From the human T2T-CHM13v2.0 reference genome, Homo sapiens: a DNA stretch of 64,000 bases. The stretch is from assembly GCF_009914755.1 (NCBI RefSeq), contig NC_060939.1. One strand, written 5' to 3'. This document shows, in pieces, positions 14,161-29,600 of this stretch. Under the pieces are notes generated by a model, which was not told the DNA's origin, ran no database searches, and worked only from the letters and a program-made list of their open reading frames with translations. Numbering within the stretch: the stretch's first letter is position 1; each line of letters starts with the position of its first letter. A program made the position numbers and the translations under genes.

Positions 14161-15074
14161 GGGGTCAGTGCCAACTAAAAGGAAGGAGGGTTAGCCTCCT
14201 AAAGACAGCTGGCCAGACAAAAGACATACCGGCAAGGCCACACCACGCACTCACTAACTTGAGCCCCAACTTGGCCTGACCCCCGCAAAGGAGAGAGGGA
14301 TTCTTTCTGAGGCCAAAAACCCTTTCCCAGGTGGAGCACTCCTCTCTAGCAGCCATTTCTCTCCTTAACCGGAACATCACACTCGGCACGTCTGCAAGGG
14401 CATATTAAAGTATAAAAGCCACAGAAACAAAATTGAAAATAAAATTTATGACCCTTTTTCGAGCCAATATCCTAAAGCTGACCAAGATAGCCAACCAGAT
14501 GTGGTCCCGTAAATTGCGGGAGAAGTGTAACGGGCACTTCTATGAAAGCACACACATAGAGGGGGACTCTGCTCATTTCCTAGGTCCCCGGGGAATGGAT
14601 GAAGAATGTCTCAAAGATCTCGCTTCAGACAGAGAGAAGAGGTGCACTTGCCAACAATCAGCTCATCTCTTCCTTATTTCTGCTAAACTCGTCAAAGCTC
14701 GTTTGTTTCAGCTCCTCGGGCCACCTCAGCAGGACTGTTATTGCTACAGAAAAGTTCTGATACGGCCTGAGAACTTCTGTTTCTTTGGCTTAGAGATGTA
14801 GGTGGAGGGGCAAATATCTGAGTCCGATTCTGGTCAAGGATGTGCCATTCTTTTTCTTCCCTTTTAAGTCTTTTATTTGCATCTATTTTATGCTGAACTT
14901 CTTCCCACGCCGTAAATGTTTGTTTCTTCAGATTCTTCTGGGATACATTTTCTTCTGTGCAACCTCCTTTTCTGGCTTGGGAACAAATTTTCTTTTTTTC
15001 TTCAGCAAGGATCACCTCATGGGAGTTCATGTATGGGTTAATCCCACCGTGAGTTCTGTAAATATGGTGGTGCC

Positions 15075-15340
15075 AATATCTTGGGTACTTTGTTCACCTA
15101 GACATGTTCGTTGACCAGAGAATTTACATCTAAACCCTTAAGTTCAGCATTACTCTCTGCATTTTTAAGCAGGTGTGGCAAAAATTCCATACTCTTTTGG
15201 ATCCTTGGTATCTAATATCTTGGGCACTTTGTTCACCTAGAGATGTTCATTGACCAGAGAATTTATATCTAAACCCTTAAGTTCAGCATTACTCTCTGCA
15301 TTTTTAAGCAACTGTGGCAAAAATTCCACACTCTTTTGGA
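15075..15340. repeat. 127-bp tandem duplication, period 139 bp
   Basis: 15075-15201 vs 15214-15340; 7 mismatches counted, no indels. Confidence 0.95.
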
Positions 15341-15708
15341 GCCACTGACCCTGCATCCAGCCCTACTGTTGGCCTGGGCACACCTCTCAACTCCACCATC
15401 ATAAGACAGAATGACACACATTGCTTCGGTTAAGATACACCTTTCAGACACTTGGTGGCTTTCCAGATACACACACCTGTCATGGTCTAGGAGTGTTCTT
15501 AAAGTGAACACAAAGATTTAAAACTCTTGATGTGCATGATTTTGTGGGGGTTTTCTGCGTCAAGTGAACAGTAAACCACTTTCACAGGTCACCAGAGACC
15601 GCTTATAGGCAGAGCTCCCATTCTCTTTAGATGTAACCTTCTCCTCTGGTTGGATGGAACAGGGGCCATGGTAAAAGTTGCCCACAAGACCCAGAAATGC
15701 GTGCGTGA

Positions 15709-15719
15709 GTGCATGCGCG

Positions 15720-15768
<49 letters not shown>
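15709..15768. repeat. (GC)7(AC)20 microsatellite
   Basis: Direct reading. Confidence 0.95.
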
Positions 15769-15770
<2 letters not shown>

Positions 15771-15869
15771 ATGGAGAGCCTCTCCAACAGAGCAGAGGGA
15801 AGACAGGACAGACTCTTCACATGGAAGGCTCAGAACATTCCACAGGGCAGTGGCCAACTTTCCACTATA

Positions 15870-16330
15870 GCAGGCCTGTTTCATGTCCAGCTAACACCTC
15901 TTCTCTATCGTTTCTTGCTAAGAGAATAGTGTCTGACGACAATGTGCTCAGGAACGAGGAGTGAATTATGAGTCCCTCCACCAGTGAGTTGAGGGGTAAG
16001 GGTAGAGGTGAGCATGTGACCAGTTCTGGCCAATGAAACACAAGGATAAGTCTTCTAGGAAATTATGGATTCATTTTTTACCCTGATTAGAGAGGGGCAA
16101 GGGGGAAAATGTTCCATTTTTGCTGTCTCCTTTTCTCCAGCTTTGTGTGCATGGCGTCAGGCAGTGCTGCTTCAAGCTGCTGCAACTATCAGACCAGAGA
16201 ATCCCAAAAAAGCCAACTTAGAACGAAGGATCCACTGTGAAACTGCCCACCTCTCTGCTTCCTGATAGGTTAGATAATAGTACTTGCATCATATGAGATA
16301 GTGTTATATTCTGTTACTTGCTGCTCAGAG
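15870..16330 (+). mobile_element. MLT1J/I-like MaLR LTR
   Basis: gcatgtgaccagttctggccaatgaaa core; ends tattctgttacttgc. Confidence 0.65.
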
Positions 16331-17729
16331 GTACCAACAGCTATACTCATGGTTGCTTCTCTGACTTGAGACAGAACTGGGATAAGACGTCACACCAGTG
16401 CCCATCCTACTTACTTGGAATTCCACTTTAGAAGGCTTTCCACACCTGTTTGGAGCATTCACCATGTAACTGATACATGCCTTGGGCTCACATCTCCACT
16501 TCCATCCAGACATGTTAGGGATAATTCTTGTGGCAGTCACCATGGCCTTGTGTCTAACACTATTTAGCACAACTACATAATTTTGCATTTCTTTTGCTTT
16601 TTTTAAAAATTAAACTTTTTATTTTGAGCTAATCATAGGTTCTTCTGCAGCTGTAAGAAATAATATAGAAAGATACAATGAACCCTTTACCCAGTTTCCC
16701 CCAGTGGTAGCATCTTGCAAAACTATAGTACAATATCACAACCAGGAAATTGATATTGATAAAGTCAAGATACAGAACATTTCCATCTGCACAGGAGTCC
16801 TCCATGTTTTACTTTTACAGCCACATATACTTCCCTCCAGCCCCCACCCCCGCCACACTCAGTCCTTAACCCCTGGCAATTGCTAATTCATTATATGTTC
16901 TCCATTCCCATAATTTTATCATTTCAAGGCTGTTACATAGATAGACTCATACAGTAGGTAACCTTTTGGGTTTTTTTCAGTCAGCATAATATTCATCCTG
17001 GATATTCATCCTAGTTTTTACATGTATCAGCAGTTCACTCCTTTTTATTTCTGAGTAGTATTGCATAGTATGACTGTACCACAATTTGTCTAACCATTCA
17101 CTCACTGAAGAACACCTGGGTAGTTTCCAGTTGAGGCTGTTATGAATAATGAAGGTATGAACATTCATGTACAAATTATTGTGTAAACATAAGTCTTGAT
17201 TTCTCCAGGATAAATACCCAGAAACACAGTTGCTGGGTTGTATGGTAGTTGCACACTTATTTTCTTAAGAAACTGACAAACTGTTTTCCAGAGTGACTAT
17301 ACCAGTTTATACTTTCACCATCTATGTATAAGTAATCCAGTTTCCCTGCATCCCTAGCAACATTTGGCATTGTCTCTTTTATTTTAGCCATTCTGATAGG
17401 TGTGCAATGATACCTCATTTTGGTTTCAATTTGCATTTCCCTGATGGCTAATGATGTTGAACATCTTTTTATATGCTTATTTGCCACCTGTATATCTTCT
17501 TTGGTGAAATGTCTGTTCATGTCTTTTGCCCATTTTCTAATTAGGGCTTTTTTTCTTTTTTATTTCTCTTTCTTTTTTTTTTTTTTTAACTGTTGAGCTT
17601 CAGAAGTTCTTTGTATATAATAAATACTAGTCCCTTGTCACTTATGTGGTTAGCAATATTTTCTCCTGGCCTGTAGCAGCTTTTCAACTCTTAACAGGGC
17701 CTTTTGTAAGGCAAAAGGTTTTATCTTTT

Positions 17730-18116
17730 TTTTTTTTCTTTAAGTTCTGGGATACATGTGCTGAACGTGCAGGTTTGTTACATAGGTATACATGTGTCAT
17801 GGTGATTTGCTGCACCTATCAACCCGTCATCTAGGTTTTAAGCCCCATGTGCACTAGGTATTTGTCCTAGTGCTCTCCCTCCCCTTGTCCCCGACCCCCA
17901 ACGGGCCCCAGTGTGTGATCTTGCCCTCCCTGTGTCCAGGTGTTCTAATTGTTCAACTCCCACTTATGAGTGAGAACATGTGGTGTTTGGTTTCCTGTTC
18001 ATGTATTAGTTTGCTGAGGATGATGGTTTCCAGCATCATCCATGTCCCTGCAAAGGATATTAACTCTTTCTTTTTTATGGCTGCATAGTATTCCATGGTG
18101 TATATGTGCCACATTT
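17730..18116 (-). mobile_element. 5'-truncated L1PA8-like 3' end
   Basis: polyT-aagttctgggatacatgtg...gttacataggtatacatgtg; TSD aggttttatctttt at 17716-17729 and 18117-18130. Confidence 0.88.
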
Positions 18117-18216
18117 AGGTTTTATCTTTTTATTAAGTTTAATTTATCAATTTTTCCTTTATGGTTCGTGTCTTTGATGTTAAGTTGAAGAACTCTTTGC
18201 CAGACTCTATATCCTG

Positions 18217-18370
18217 AGCCAGGCATGGTAGATAGAGCCTGCAGTCCTGACTGTTCAGAAGGTTGAGGCAGGAGGATTGCTTGATTGAGGCTGCAGCAAG
18301 CCATGATCATACCACCACACTCCAGCCTGGGTGACAGAGTGAGACTTTGCCTCAAAAAAAAAAAAAAAAA
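18217..18370 (+). mobile_element. Alu right monomer (FRAM-like) with internal deletion
   Basis: Single monomer with polyA. Confidence 0.8.
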
Positions 18371-18561
18371 GTTTTGCATCCCCAAGATGTTTTCCTATGA
18401 TATTTTTTCTAAAAGTTTTAGTTCTACATTTATAACTATCATTCATTCCAACTTATTTTCTTGTATAAATGAGAGGTCTAACTCAAGATTCCATGTTTTT
18501 TTAATGGGTGCCTACTTTATCCAGCACCATTTATCAAAAAGGCTATCCTCCCTCCACTGAA

Positions 18562-18690
18562 TTTTTTTTTAGAGACAGGTTCTCACTCTGTCATAGCTCA
18601 CTGCAGCCTCAAACTCCTGGGCTCAAGCAGTCCTCCAGCCTCAGCCTCCCAAGTTGCTGAGATTATAGCCATGGGCCACTGAGCCCAGCC
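18562..18690 (-). mobile_element. Alu monomer (FRAM/FLAM-like)
   Basis: Single monomer; degenerate TSD ctccactgaatt / ctctattgaatt. Confidence 0.8.
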
Positions 18691-21050
18691 CTCTATTGAA
18701 TTCTTTTGCATCTTTATCCAAAATCAGTTGGGCATATTTGTGTTGGTCTATTTCTGGATTTCTCTATTTGATTCCATCAAACTATGTGTGTATCTCTCCA
18801 TCAATACCGTAGAGTTTTGTTACTGTATGTTTTAAAGTTGAGTAGACCAATTCCTCCAATTCATTCATCCTTAAAATTGTTTCAACTCTTCTAGTTCCTT
18901 CGCCTTTCCTTATAAATTTTAGAATATTTATATCTATGTATATATTTATTTTTTCAAAAACCTTGCTGAGATTTTGATAGAAATTACATTTAGCCAATAA
19001 ATAATTTGGAGAGCATAGGCATCTTTACTACATTGAGTCTTCCAATCCATGAACTTAGTATGTCCCTTGATTTAATTAGAGCTTCTCTGAATTCTATCAT
19101 GAGTATTTTGTAGTTTTTAGCATACAAGTCCTGTAAGCATTTTATGACATTTATGCCTATTTCTTTGTCTTTTTTTTAGTGATCATAAATAGCACTGTAT
19201 TTTAAGTTTCAGCATCCACATGTATTAATAGTATAAAGAAATAAAATTGATTTTTGTATGTTGTTCATCTTTCTATGTCCTTGATAAATGCACTTATTAG
19301 TTCTATTTTTTTTGTATATTTCTTGGGATTTTCTGTATAGACAATCATATATGCAAATAGGAACATTTTTAGCTCCTTTTTGATTTGTATACATTTTATT
19401 TCCTTTTATTACCTTATTGTAATGGCTAGGACTTCCCTACCATGTTGAATAAAAGTAAGAGTGGATATTTTCACCTTATTCCCAAACTTAGAGGGGAACT
19501 ATTCAGTGTTATTATTATTATTCAACTAAGCATTAAGTATAATTTTAGCTGTAAGGGGTTTTTTTTGGTACATGGTCTTTCTCCAATAGAGAAAGTTCCT
19601 TCTATTCTTAGTTTTCTGTAAGTTTTTTTTTTAATCATGAAAAGGTGTTGATTTTTGTCAAATGCTTTTTCTGTACCAGTTGATACGATTATGTGATTTT
19701 TTTTCTTCAGCCTGTTAATATGGTGGATTACATTAAATAACTTTTGAATATTGAACCAACCTAGCATCCTTGGAGTAAGTCCAACTTGCTCATGATTTAG
19801 ATTTTTTTTCTATATTGATAAATTCTATTTGCTAAGAGTTTGTTAAGAATTTTTGTATCTATATTAAAGCGGGATGTTGATCTTTAGTTTTCCCTTTTTT
19901 TAATTGTCTGTCTGGCTTTGGTATTAGGGTAATAGCAGCTTTATGAATCAGTGGAGATGTGTTCCTTCCTTTTCTATATTTGGAAAGAGATCATATAGAA
20001 TTGGTTTTAAATATTATTTAAATGTTTGGAAAACAATCTTCAGTGAAACCATGTGTGTCTGGAGATTTCATTCTTGGGAATTTTTAATTTAAAAATTCAA
20101 TTTCCTGACTTTTGGTTACCAGTGCAACATCTAAAGAGCTTGAAAGTTGTTATTCCCATCTCCACAGCAAACAAACCAATGAAAACACCAAACAACCTGA
20201 AAATCAACAATTCTTCTTAGATCCATCAGGGAATTGAAGCCACAGGACAAACTGCCACTTTGAAAATTACAGTGACAGATGGGTATTGAAATTTATAGCT
20301 GAAATCACCTTCCTTTCCCCGCCAGAACCTTCTAAGAACACTTAAAGGGTAGCTGACTAAGATTGACTGTAGACCAGCTTGAGAGCTAAACTCCTAGAAC
20401 CTGGCTTAGTGGGCCCCACATTCTCATGAGTTTTACTTCTAGGAGACATACCAGATTCTCACCAGAAAGATTGGAGAAAATCCCAAAATATTTGGTGATT
20501 AAACAAATTATAAATAATACATGGGCCAAACAAGCCTGAAGAGAAATATTAAAATATTTTGGACTAAATGAAAATAAAAACACAACTTATCAAAATTCAC
20601 AGGATGAAGCAAAAGTAGTTCTTGGGGGAAATTTATGGTATTAAATGCATTATCAGAAAAAAGAAAGATCTAAAATCAATAATCTAAACTTTTACCATGG
20701 GGAATTAGTAAAAGAAGAGCAAATTAAATTTAAAGTAAAAATAATAAAAGAAATAATAATTAGAGCAGAAATTAGTGAAATTGCAAACAGGAAAAAATAG
20801 AGAAAATCGACAAAATCAAAGCTGATTTTTTTCAAGATCAATAAAATTGATAAGACTCTAACCAGGGTAACCACAAAAAACACATCAGCAATGAATAATA
20901 GGAATGAATAATATCAGAAATGAAAGAGGGATCATCACTACAGAGCCCATGGACACTAAAAGGATAATAAAGGAATATTATGAACAACTCTATTTAACTT
21001 AGATAGAATGGACCAAGTACGTGAAAGATATAATCTATCAAAACTCACGC

Positions 21051-21433
<383 letters not shown>

Positions 21434-21762
21434 CTATATCTGCTTAAAAAATGGAATTAGTAACTAATAACTTTTCAAAACTGAAAGTACCAGGTCCAGG
21501 TGGTTTAATAGATGAGTTCTGCCAAATATTTGAGGAAGAAAAGATTTCTATAATCTCTTCCCTAAAATAGAGGGAGAAGGAATACTTCCTACTCATTCTA
21601 TGTGGACAACATTATCATCATAACCAAAACAACAAAAGACATCACAAGAAAGAAAAACTACAGATCAATATCTTACATGAACATAGATGCAAAATCCTCA
21701 AAAAATATTAGCAAATAGAATCCAACAACGTAGAAAAAAGTACATATATTACAACACAATTA

Positions 21763-22083
<321 letters not shown>

Positions 22084-22793
22084 CTACAAATGAGGAGGAA
22101 TAGAGAGAGATGAACTTCCCCAACTTGATAAGGAACATATTCAAAAAGACTACAGCTAATATCATACTTAATGGTGAGAAACTAGATGCTTTTCTTCTAT
22201 GATTAGAAAAAGACAAGGATGTCTTTTTTTTACAACTGCTATTTACCATTGCACTGGAAGTCCTAAGTAATGCATGCAATAAGACTTTAAAAACAGAATG
22301 AAGATAAACTGATTGGGAAAGGAAGAAATAAAACTCTCTTTGTTCACAGATGATATGATTGTTTATATAGAAGACTTCCAAGAATAATCACAACCACAAT
22401 ATTCCTGGAACTAATAAATGATTACAGCAAGATACAAAGTTAATATACAAAATTCAAAAAAGTATTGTCCTACATTTCATCAAAGAATAATTGGAATTTG
22501 AGATTAAAAACTCACCATTTATACTAGCACCAAAAATGAAATTCTTAGGTATAAATTTAACATAATATGAATAATATCTATATGAGAAAAACTACAAAGT
22601 TTTGATGAAAGAAATCAAAGAATAGTAAATAAATGGAGAGATATTCCATGTCCATGGATAGAAAGACTTGATATTGTTAAGATGCTAGTTCTTCCTAACT
22701 AAACTTTATCTATAGATTTAATGCAATCCCAATGAAAATCCCAGCAAGTTATTTTGCAGAAATAGACAAAACTGATCCTGAAGTTTATTTGGA

Positions 22794-23188
<395 letters not shown>

Positions 23189-26100
23189 TTACTAAAAAAG
23201 TACAGCAGTCAAGATGGTATGATATGGATAAAATAATAGGCAAGCAGATGAATAAAACAAAATATATAACAGAAATAAATTCAACGGAAATAGTTGGAAA
23301 TACATTCAACTGATCTTTGGCAAAGAGGATCAAAGGTAATTCAATGGAGAAAGGGCAATCTTTTCAACAAATTATGCTGGAAGAAACTGGGGACACACAA
23401 AATGAATCTAGACAGAGATCTTACACTCTGTCTAACACGCTGTTTTAGCTTAAACAAAAGCTAACTCAAAATGGACGAGCAAAACTATATAATTTTTAGA
23501 ATAAACATAGTAGAAAATCTAGGTGACTGGGTTTGGCAGTGACTTTTTAGATATAACACCAAAAGCACAATCCATGAAAGAAAAGGTTTATAAAATTGAT
23601 TTCTTTAAAATTTGAAACTTGTGTTCTGCAAATGGCACTGTGAAGAACATAAAAATACAAGCCACAGACAGTGAAAGCTGATAAATGACATGCATCCAAA
23701 ATAAACACACAAACAAAAAAAATTAAAATTCAACAATAAGAGAACAAACAACTCATTCAAAAAGTGGGCAAAAACTCTGAACAGACACCTCACCAAAGAT
23801 GGTATACAAACAACAAATACGCGTATGAAAACATGCTCAACATCATATGTCATTAGGGAATTGCAAATTCAAACAATAATGGGGTACCAGTAATCAGTAA
23901 TTTGGCCAGAATCCAAAATACTGACAACAGCAAATACTGGCAAGGATATGGAGCAATGGGAACTCTCACTCATTGCTGGTGGAAATACAAAAAGGCACAA
24001 ATTCGGAAGACAATATGGCAGTTTCTTACAAAGCTAAACATAGTCTTACTATACAATCCCACAATCATGCTCTCTAGTATTTACCCAAATGAATTAAACA
24101 TTTTGTCTATACAAAAACCTGCCCACAGATGTTTATACCAGCTTTATTCATACTTGCCAAAATTTGGAAACAGATGTCCTTCGGTAGGTGAATGGATAAA
24201 TAAACTGTGGTACATCTACACAATGTAATATTACGCAGCATTAAAAAGAAGTGAGCTATTAAGCCATGAAAAGACATGGAAGAGACAAAATGATGCATAT
24301 TACCAACTGAAAGAAGCCAATCTGAAAGGGTTACACACTGTATGATTTCAACTGCATAGCATTCTGGAAAAGGCAGAACAATGGAGAGAGTTGTTACCAG
24401 GGAGCCAAAAAATATATATATTGAATAGGTGGAGTACAAAATTTTTAGAGCAGTAAAACTGTTTTCTATGGTAACGGAACGGTGCATATATGTCATTACA
24501 CATTTGTCAAGATCCATACATGTAGAATACCAACAGTGAATTTTAATATGAAATATGGACTTTTAGTAATAATGATGTCTCAGTGTAGGTTCATTGATTG
24601 TAACAAACCTACTATTTTGATGAGTAAGGGGAGGAGACGGTCACAGCAGAGGAGGCTGTGGATGTGTTATGAGACAGTAAATATACGAACTCTCTGTACT
24701 TGCTACTCAATTTTGCTATGAACATAAACCTGCTCTAAAAACTTGTCGATTTTTTTTTAAAAGTCAGTTTCTTAATAGTTACAGAGCTATTCAAATTATC
24801 TAATTAATATTGGGTGAATCGCTATAGCTGGTACATTTCAAAGAATTGGTCTATTTCATCTTAGTTGTCAAGTTTGTGTGTGTAGGATTGTTTGTAATAT
24901 TCTTTTATTTTTATTTTGATATCTGCAGTCTGTACTGATATCTACTCTTTGATTGGTATTGATTGATTTTCTATAGATTGGTATTGATTGATATTGGTAA
25001 TTTGTCTCTTCCCTTGTTAGTCTTGTTAGAGATGTGTCAATTTTATTGATCTTTATTTCATCTTTTTGGATTAATTTTATTGATTATTCAGTTGTTTATT
25101 TGAAAAAATCTATTTATTGTTTTTTTCAAAGAACCAGCTTTTGGTTTATTCGATTTTTCTCTGTATTTTTCTGTCCTCACGTTTATTTATTTCTGCTCTT
25201 ATCTTTATTATTTCCTTACTTTTACATGCTTTGGCTTTATTTTGCTTTTTTTTTCTAGCTTTTGAAGTGAGAGCTTAGATTATTTTAAGACATTTCCTCA
25301 TTTCTAAAGGAAGCATTTTGTGTTTATATATTTGCCTGCTAGTTATTTAGCTGCATCCCACAAATTTTAATATGTCGTATTTTCATTTCATTCAGTTCAT
25401 TGTTTTTGGGTTTTGTTTAAATTTTCCCTGGTAGCTTCCTCTTTGATCCAAGGATTATTTGAAAGTATGTTGTTCAATTTCTGAGTATTTAGACATTTTC
25501 ACACTATCTTTCCGTTATTGATTTCTAGTTTGATTCCACTGTGCTTGAAAAAAACACCCTGTATTATTTCAATCTTTTATTTACTAAGTTTTTATTTTAA
25601 TAGGCCAGAATATGATCTATGTGGCTATATGTTCTGTGGGCACTAGAACGATATGTATTATGCTGTTGCTGGGTAGAGCGTTCTGCAAATGTTAGAGATC
25701 CTGTCAGTTGATGGTGTTGTTGAGTTCTTCCATGTCTTTGCTAATTTTTTCTCTAGTTGTTCTATCAATTGTTGAGAAAGGGGTATTGAAATCTCCAAAT
25801 ATAATTGTGGGTGTGTGTGTTTCTCCCTTAGTTCTATCAGTTTTTATTTCACATATTTTTGCAGCTCTTTTGTTTGGTACATGCACATTTAGGATTGCCA
25901 TGTCTTCTTGTTGGATTAACCCTTTTATAACTGTAATTTCCCTGTCTGTCTTTGGTAATTTTATTTTCTCTAAAGTCTACTTTCTTTGCTATCAACATAG
26001 CCACGCCTGGTGTCTTTTGTTGATATTGCATGCAATATCTTTTTCCACTCTTTTACTTTCAACCTACCTGTATCATTAATTTGAAGTGAATTTCTTTTTG

Positions 26101-26192
26101 AGAACATGTTATTGAGTCATGTTTTCTCATACATTCTGCCAATTTGTTTCCTAATCAATCATCACATCATCTACATTTGACCTAAGTATTGA

Positions 26193-26608
<416 letters not shown>

Positions 26609-29600
26609 ATGAATAAGTTCTTTAGGGGTGATCTGTGATTTCTGAGATTTTGGTGCACCCATCACCTGAGCAGTGTACACTGTACCCAATGTGTAGTCTT
26701 TTACCCCTCAGCCCCTCCCACTCTTTCCCCCAAATCCCCAAATTCCACTGTATCATTCTTATGTCTTTGTGTCCCCATAGCTTAGCTCCCACTTGTGAGT
26801 GAGAACATACAATATTTGGTTTTCCATTCCTGAGTTACTTCACTCAGAATAATGGCCTGCCCTTCCATCCAGGTTGCTGCAAATGCTGAGCATGTCTATG
26901 GCTGAGTGGTATTCTATGGCATATACATACCACATCTTCTTTATCCACCTGTTGACTGATGGACATTTGGGCTGATTCCAGATTTTTGCAATTACAAATT
27001 GTGCTGCTATAAACATACGTGTGCAAGTGTCTTTTTCGTATAATGACTTCTTTTCCTCTGGGTAGATACCCAGGAGTGGGATTGCTGGATCAAACAGTAG
27101 ATCTACGTTGGTTCTTAAGGAATTGCCACGCTGTTTTCCACAGTGGTTGTACTAGTTTATGTTCTGACCAACAGTGTAAAAATGTCCCCTTTTCACCACA
27201 TCCACACCAACATCTATCACTTTATGATTTTTGATTATGGCCATTCTTGCAGGAGTAAGGATGACATTGCGGTTTTGATTTGCATTTCCCTGATAATTAG
27301 TCATGTTGAGCATTTTTTCATATGTTTGTTGGCCATTCGTATATCTTCTTTTGAAAATTGTCTGTTCATGTCCTTAACCCACTTTTCAATGGGACTGTTG
27401 GTTTTTTTCTTGCTGATTTGTTTGAGTTCCTTATAGATTCTGGATATTAGTCCTTTGTCAAATGTATGGATTGTGAAGACTTTCTCCCACTCTGCGTGTT
27501 GTCTGTTTACTCTGCTGATTATTTCTTTCACTGTGCAGAAGCTTTTTAGTTTAATTAAGTCCCATCTATTTATCTTTGTTTTTGTTGTGTTTGCTTTTGG
27601 GTTCTTGGTCATGAACTCTTTGCCTAAGCCAATGTCTAGAAGGGTTTTTCTGGTGTGATCTTCTAGAATTTTTATGGTTTCAGGTCTTAGATCTAAGTCT
27701 TTGACCCATCTTGAGTTGATTTTTTTGTATAAGGTGAGAGATGTGGATCCAGTTGCATTCTTTTACATGTGGCTTGCCAATTATCCCAGCACCATTTGTT
27801 GAATGAGGTGTTCTTTCCCCACTTTATGTTTTTGTTTGCTTTCTCAAAAATTAGATAACTGTAAGTATTTGGCTTTATTTCTGTGTTCTCTATTCAGTTC
27901 CACTGATCTATATGCCTGTTTTTATACCAGTACCATGCCATTTTGGTGACTATGGCCTTATAGTATAGTTTGAAGTCAAGTAGTGTGATGCCTCCAGATT
28001 TATTCTTTTTGCTAAGTCTTGCTTTGGCTATGCAGGCTCTTTTTTTTTTTGGTTCCATATGAATTTTAGGATTTTTTTTTTCTAGTTCTGTGAAGAATGA
28101 TGGTGGTATTTTGATAGGAATTGCATTGAATTTATAGGTTGCTTTTTGCAGTATGGTTATTTTCACAATATTGATTCTACCCACCCATGAGCATAGAATG
28201 TGTTTTCATTTGTTTATGTCTTCCATGATTTCTTTCAGCAGTGTTTTGTAGTTTTCCCTGTAGAGGTCTTTCACTTCCTTGGTTAAGTATAGTCCCAAGT
28301 TTTGTTTTGTTTTGTTTTGTTTTGCAGCTACTGTAAAAGGGGTTGAGTTCTTAATTTGACTCTCAGCTTGGTTGCTGTTGGTGTATAGCAGGGCTACTGA
28401 TTTGTGCACCTTAATTTTGTATCCTGAAACTTTGCTGAATTCATTTACCACTTCTAGGAGCTTTTTGGATGAGTCTTTAGGGTTTTCTAGGTATACAATT
28501 ATGTCATCAGCAAATAGTGACAGTTTGACTTCCTCTTTACTGATTTGGATGCCCTTTATTTCTTTCTCTTGTCTGATTGCTCTGGCTAGGATTTCCAGTA
28601 CTATGTTGAATAGAAGTGGTGAAAGTGGGCATCCTCGTCTTGTTCCACTTCTCATGGGGAATGCTTTCAAATTTCCCCCTTCAGTATAATGTTGGCTGTG
28701 GGTTTGTCATAGATGGCTTTTATTACCTTAGGGTATATCCCTTCTATGCCGATTTTGCTGAGGGTTTTAACCAAAAGGGATGCTGGATTTTGTCAAATGC
28801 TTTTTCTGTGTCTCTTGAGTGACTATGTGCTTATTATTTTTAATTCTGTTTATGTGGTGTATTACATTTACTGACTTGTGGATATTAAACCATCCCTGTA
28901 TCCCTCCTGTAAAACCCACTTTGTCATGGTGGACTCTTTTTCATATGCTGTTGGATTCAGTTAACTAGAATTTTGTTGAGGATTTTTGCATCTATGTTCA
29001 TCAGGGGTATTTGTCTGTAGTTATTTTTTTTTGTTATGTCTTTTCCTGATTTTGGTATTAGTGTGATATTGGCTTCATAGAATGTTTTTGGAGGATTCCC
29101 TCTTTCTCTATCTTTGGTATACTCTCAATAGAATTGGTACCAATTCTTTGAATATCTGATTGATAGAATTCAACCGTGAATCTGTCTGGTCCTGGACTTT
29201 TTTTTTTGGCAACTTTTTAATCACCATTTCAATCTCACTGCTTGTTATTTGTCTGTTCAGAGCTTCTGTTTCTTCCTGGTTTAATCTAGGAGGGTTGTAT
29301 ATTTCCAGGAATTTACTCATCTTCTCTAGGTTTTCTAGTTTACACACATAAAGATGTTTATAGTAGCCTTGAATGATCTTTTGCATTTCTGTGGGGTCAG
29401 TTGTAATATCTCCCCTTATATTTCTAATTGGGCTTATTTGGAATATAAGTCCTCTTCTCTCTTCTTTTCTTGGTTAATATCACTAATGGTCTATCAATTT
29501 TATTTATCTTTTCAAAGAACCAGATTTTTGTTTCATTTTTTTTATTGTGTTGTTTGTTTCAATTTCATTTAGTTCTGCTCTGATCTTGATTATTTATTTT

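Noticed and set aside
27301-29386. RT-like ORFs as a gene
   Set aside because: Fragmented L1PB ORF2 with stops and frameshifts
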